Of a stretch of DNA of 64,000 nt, positions 60,757 to 64,000 are shown piece by piece (the stretch's first letter is position 1; every line of letters begins with the position of its first letter). The DNA is from a virus. Under the pieces are notes generated by a model. It searched no databases and was not told where the DNA came from. It saw nothing but the letters and a program-made list of their open reading frames with translations. The stretch lies in IMG/VR virus record IMGVR_UViG_3300031088_000782, positions 107,383 to 171,382 of that record; one strand, given 5' to 3'. The position numbers and the translations under genes were made by a program.

Positions 60757-62185
60757 ATATCATATAAGCGATTCAGGTAAAGTAGTCATTTGTCGTGCAA
60801 CTAAAACTGTTTGCCCAAAAGAAAATTTTGACAGTATTGAAGATGCTGAAAATTTTAAAGAAACTCTATACAATAATACTATTCCAACTATGTCTAAACA
60901 GTCCAATAAGGGACTTAGGGAAGCTGAAAAGTATTATGGCGGTAAGTTCCTCACTTATCATAATATATCGCTTGAAAAAGGCGTAGAAAGCGTTTTAGAT
61001 GATTTGAAAAAGATAGGGAACCCATTAATTGTTGGCGGGGCTGTAAGAGATTCGTTTGTAGGATCAGAAAATAAAGATATAGATATCGAAGTTCATAAAA
61101 CAGATATAGACACACTTGTTAAAACATTGAAAAATGATGGATATATAGTTGATGAAGTAGGAAAACAATTCGGTGTTCTCAAAGTTTCTAAAAAAGGTGT
61201 TGTGAATGACTTAGACATATCTGTTCCTCGTAAAGAAAATCGTTTAGGAGCAGGTCATCGATCTTTTAATGTTGAAATGGATGAAAATATGACCGTTCAA
61301 GAATCTGCGGAAAGAAGAGATTTCACTTTCAATGCTGTCATGTATGATCATACAAGAAAAGTTATCATCGATCCTTCTGGTGGAAAGAATGACTTAAACA
61401 ATAAAGTCATTCGTCATGTTTCTGAGAAATTTTCTGAAGATCCTTTAAGAGCTTTGAGAGGATTTCAGTTTGCAGGTAGATTTGATATGACTGTTGCTCC
61501 TGAAACAGCAACTTTATGTAAAAAATTGAGAAATGAATATGAACACTTGTCAATAGAAAGGGTGCAAGAAGAGTGGGGTAAATTCTTCACTAAAAGCGCA
61601 CACCCAGCAAAAGGAATTCAAGCTTTAAAAGATATGGGATGGAATGACACTATACCCGGACTTCAAAAAGCATTAGACAATTCTTTTACAAAAGAATCTC
61701 TGAATAATCTCCCTACTGTCAGCAAGCAGAATAAAATAATTTTCGGATCTGCTGCTATCGCTCGAAATATGAATAATAACGAAAGAAAAAGTTTTATCTC
61801 TTCAACAGTCATTGGAAATAAAGAGCAATTAAAAACTTATACTCTTAGCAGTTTTGACAATAATGAAGCCAGAACTTCTTATGAAAGAAAAAAAATTGCT
61901 AAAAAACTTGAGAAAACAGGCTTTACCTTTAGAGATTATCATAATTTCTCTCAAATGAATAATGACAGCGAAGGTGTTAAATTAAGTGAGAAAGCTGTTG
62001 CTGAAGGTTTAGCGGATGGCCCTGAAAAAGATTTGATTGCTGGTAAAGATATTTTTTCTTTGACTGATAAAAAACCTGGTCCTTGGATGGGTAAATTATT
62101 GAATGAAATAAGAGACAAACAGTATCAGGGTGCTTTTTTAAATAAAAATGAAGCAATGATGTTTGCAAAAAGTAGAATACAGTGA
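60749..62185 (+). CDS. cca: Class II CCA-adding/tRNA nucleotidyltransferase with shared N-terminal module
   Basis: VGGAVRD, DIDIE, RRDFTFNA, EDPLRALR, SIERVQEE. Confidence 0.88.
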   Translation: MTKYHISDSGKVVICRATKTVCPKENFDSIEDAENFKETLYNNTIPTMSKQSNKGLREAEKYYGGKFLTYHNISLEKGVESVLDDLKKIGNPLIVGGAVRDSFVGSENKDIDIEVHKTDIDTLVKTLKNDGYIVDEVGKQFGVLKVSKKGVVNDLDISVPRKENRLGAGHRSFNVEMDENMTVQESAERRDFTFNAVMYDHTRKVIIDPSGGKNDLNNKVIRHVSEKFSEDPLRALRGFQFAGRFDMTVAPETATLCKKLRNEYEHLSIERVQEEWGKFFTKSAHPAKGIQALKDMGWNDTIPGLQKALDNSFTKESLNNLPTVSKQNKIIFGSAAIARNMNNNERKSFISSTVIGNKEQLKTYTLSSFDNNEARTSYERKKIAKKLEKTGFTFRDYHNFSQMNNDSEGVKLSEKAVAEGLADGPEKDLIAGKDIFSLTDKKPGPWMGKLLNEIRDKQYQGAFLNKNEAMMFAKSRIQ

Positions 62186-62252
62186 TATAATAGTTTTAAT
62201 CAACAATTGACGAATATATTTAATAATATTTTTGAATAAATCGTCAATTTAT

Positions 62253-62339
62253 GGAAGTGTGGCTGAGTCCGGTTTAAGGCGTTCGTCTCGAAAGCGAAAG
62301 TAGGTAACACTACCGCAGGTTCAAATCCTGTCACTTCCG
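62253..62339 (+). tRNA. tRNA-Ser(CGA)
   Basis: ctCGAaa. Confidence 0.92.
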
Positions 62340-62384
62340 CATAATTGTTGTTGATAAATGATTTTATAAAGTGAGGATCTAACT

Positions 62385-62579
62385 ATGATTAACAAAGATT
62401 ATAGAAAAACTGTTTATTTGTCTTTGGAAGAAAGAAAATCTATTGCAGATGAAGCTTTAAGGAAAAGCGGGTTCTCTTTTGAAGAATTGAAAAATCAATC
62501 TAAAAACAGACGATTTGAAACATTGCAAGCTAAACTTTCTTGGATGGTTATTTCAGCATACAAAAAACAGTCAAGATGA
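62385..62579 (+). CDS. Hypothetical protein
   Basis: GAGG RBS, 64 aa. Confidence 0.55.
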   Translation: MINKDYRKTVYLSLEERKSIADEALRKSGFSFEELKNQSKNRRFETLQAKLSWMVISAYKKQSR

Positions 62580-62663
62580 AAATTAAAAAAATAAGATATA
62601 ATTTATTTAGTTTTATTTGACAAAATGTGATATAATTAAATAAAATGAATATAAATGTATTAA

Positions 62664-62736
62664 GCCCTTATAAGCTAATAGGATAAACTACCTCTCTCCT
62701 AAAGAGGATTTTTGGGTTCGAATCCCAATGAGGGCA
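62664..62736 (+). tRNA. tRNA-Arg(CCT)
   Basis: ctCCTaa. Confidence 0.85.
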
Positions 62737-62780
62737 CAATATGACAATTGCAATTTTTATTGGCGGGAGGTAAGATTATA

Positions 62781-63071
62781 ATGAAAAAAGTTCGAGAGGA
62801 CATGAAGCCAATACCTTCGCCTTCTTTGCCGAAAATTTCTGAAATGACTAAAAATGATGCTAAAATAGCTATTGAAAAATTTTTAGTTGAATTCGAAAGT
62901 GTTATTGAAAAAAATCACAAAAGAAACAAAAAGGCGCTCAAATATTGTATTCTTTGTGGAATTCGCAAAGGGTTTCTCATGTCTTGCGGAAGAAAAAATG
63001 TCAAATGTGCTTCATGGTGTCCAAGACCTTATTGGGAGATTGACAAAAGCGGAAATTATATTAAACAATAA
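62781..63071 (+). CDS. Hypothetical Cys-rich protein
   Basis: GGAGG RBS before ATG 62781. Confidence 0.55.
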   Translation: MKKVREDMKPIPSPSLPKISEMTKNDAKIAIEKFLVEFESVIEKNHKRNKKALKYCILCGIRKGFLMSCGRKNVKCASWCPRPYWEIDKSGNYIKQ

Positions 63072-63204
63072 TTGATAAAAATTTTCAAAGAAACACCAGT
63101 TAAATAATGATTAATTTCAATAAAGTTTGATATACTTATTAAAATAAAACTAACAATTATTTTTTAAAGCAATATGTAATAGATTCATTTATAGAAAGGC
63201 TACA

Positions 63205-63411
63205 ATGATGGCAAAAGTAACTTTTTCCGAAACAGAAGGAAAGCAGCAGAAGTATTCTTATACAGTGGATTATACTCTTCCTAAAGGATCATGGGATGCA
63301 CGAGAAGTGCCTTCTGAGGTAGTTCAAGAGCTTGAAGCTGTTGTTCAGTCAGCCGATTGCCCTGATTTCATGTATTCACCAAGTGGAAATGTTTTAGTAA
63401 CAGTTAGCTAA
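63205..63411 (+). CDS. Hypothetical protein
   Basis: GAAAGG RBS, 68 aa. Confidence 0.6.
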   Translation: MMAKVTFSETEGKQQKYSYTVDYTLPKGSWDAREVPSEVVQELEAVVQSADCPDFMYSPSGNVLVTVS

Positions 63412-63438
63412 AAACAAAACAATTAAAATATTAAATTT

Positions 63439-63494
63439 CAGGATAGGGACATTAATAAGTTTTATGGCTTTGACTTATTAATGTCCCTATCCTG
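63439..63494. terminator. Long inverted repeat
   Basis: CAGGATAGGGACATTAATAAGT...ACTTATTAATGTCCCTATCCTG. Confidence 0.55.
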
Positions 63495-63528
63495 CTTCAT
63501 CATATAATTAAATAATTGATATAATTAT

Positions 63529-63996
63529 ATGTCGATGAAGATATCTTACAAAACAATTTTAAAGAAACAGGAGCAAATTTTGTCAATTTTCAAAAGAAAA
63601 CACCAAGAAGTCAAATATAAAGATAACCGTTTCATCAGGAAAGAAAGAAAACTTTTTTCTGCCTATATTGAAATCGAACCGAAAATAGAAAATGCAAAAA
63701 CTGGATACACAGTGAGATATTTTGAAGACACCGTTACCAAAGGATGGGAATCTTGCTTATACCGTCAAGGAAGCGAACGAATTAAATTAGCTAATGACCA
63801 AATGGTTTATAAAGGAGTTATCGAAATAAGGGCAAAAGATAAAGAAACTCTTCACGAAAGAATAAATAAAGTTATGGCGAATTCGAGTGAAGAAGCAGAA
63901 GTATCTTATAATCCCAATAAACAAACTTTTTTATCTCGCACAACTCAACGATTTATCAAAATATCCTCTCAAAAAGAAGCAAATACTCCAGTATAA
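63529..63996 (+). CDS. Hypothetical protein
   Basis: 155 aa ORF. Confidence 0.55.
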   Translation: MSMKISYKTILKKQEQILSIFKRKHQEVKYKDNRFIRKERKLFSAYIEIEPKIENAKTGYTVRYFEDTVTKGWESCLYRQGSERIKLANDQMVYKGVIEIRAKDKETLHERINKVMANSSEEAEVSYNPNKQTFLSRTTQRFIKISSQKEANTPV

Positions 63997-64000
63997 AAGC

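Overview
AT-rich, almost entirely + strand segment of a large extrachromosomal element (jumbo phage or megaplasmid; no virion, integrase or conjugation genes are in this window, so I cannot tell which). Several proteins (NrdE, PBP, G5/SLT, DnaN) look actinobacterial. 1-36.6 kb: host-like replication/repair genes (DnaC-like loader, DnaN, HolA, RecG, PIF1, SbcD, SF2 helicase, NrdE), a Clp-type ATPase, a cell-envelope set (class A PBP, PASTA protein, G5-NlpC/P60, G5-SLT, signal peptidase, prepilin-peptidase-like, DsbA-like) and three paralogous zinc-ribbon-repeat endonucleases. 37.7-62.7 kb: about 60 recognisable tRNA genes covering all 20 amino acids, including rare A34 anticodons. The tRNA region also carries TilS, a CCA-adding enzyme and HNH/GIY-YIG endonucleases; a SpoU/TrmH methylase lies upstream at 26.7 kb. 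The most unusual signal is between the tRNAs: many tRNA-mimic ncRNAs (circularly permuted YrlA/Y-RNA-like modules, a 149-nt tmRNA-like RNA with G3:U70, a 10-codon ORF and CCA, oversized tRNAs sharing an internal motif), pseudoknotted RNAs, rrn-type boxA elements and a covarying leader hairpin. Three downstream proteins (including an ADP-ribosyltransferase and the CCA enzyme) share an unexplained N-terminal module. All RNA folds were read by eye; coordinates may be off by a few bases.
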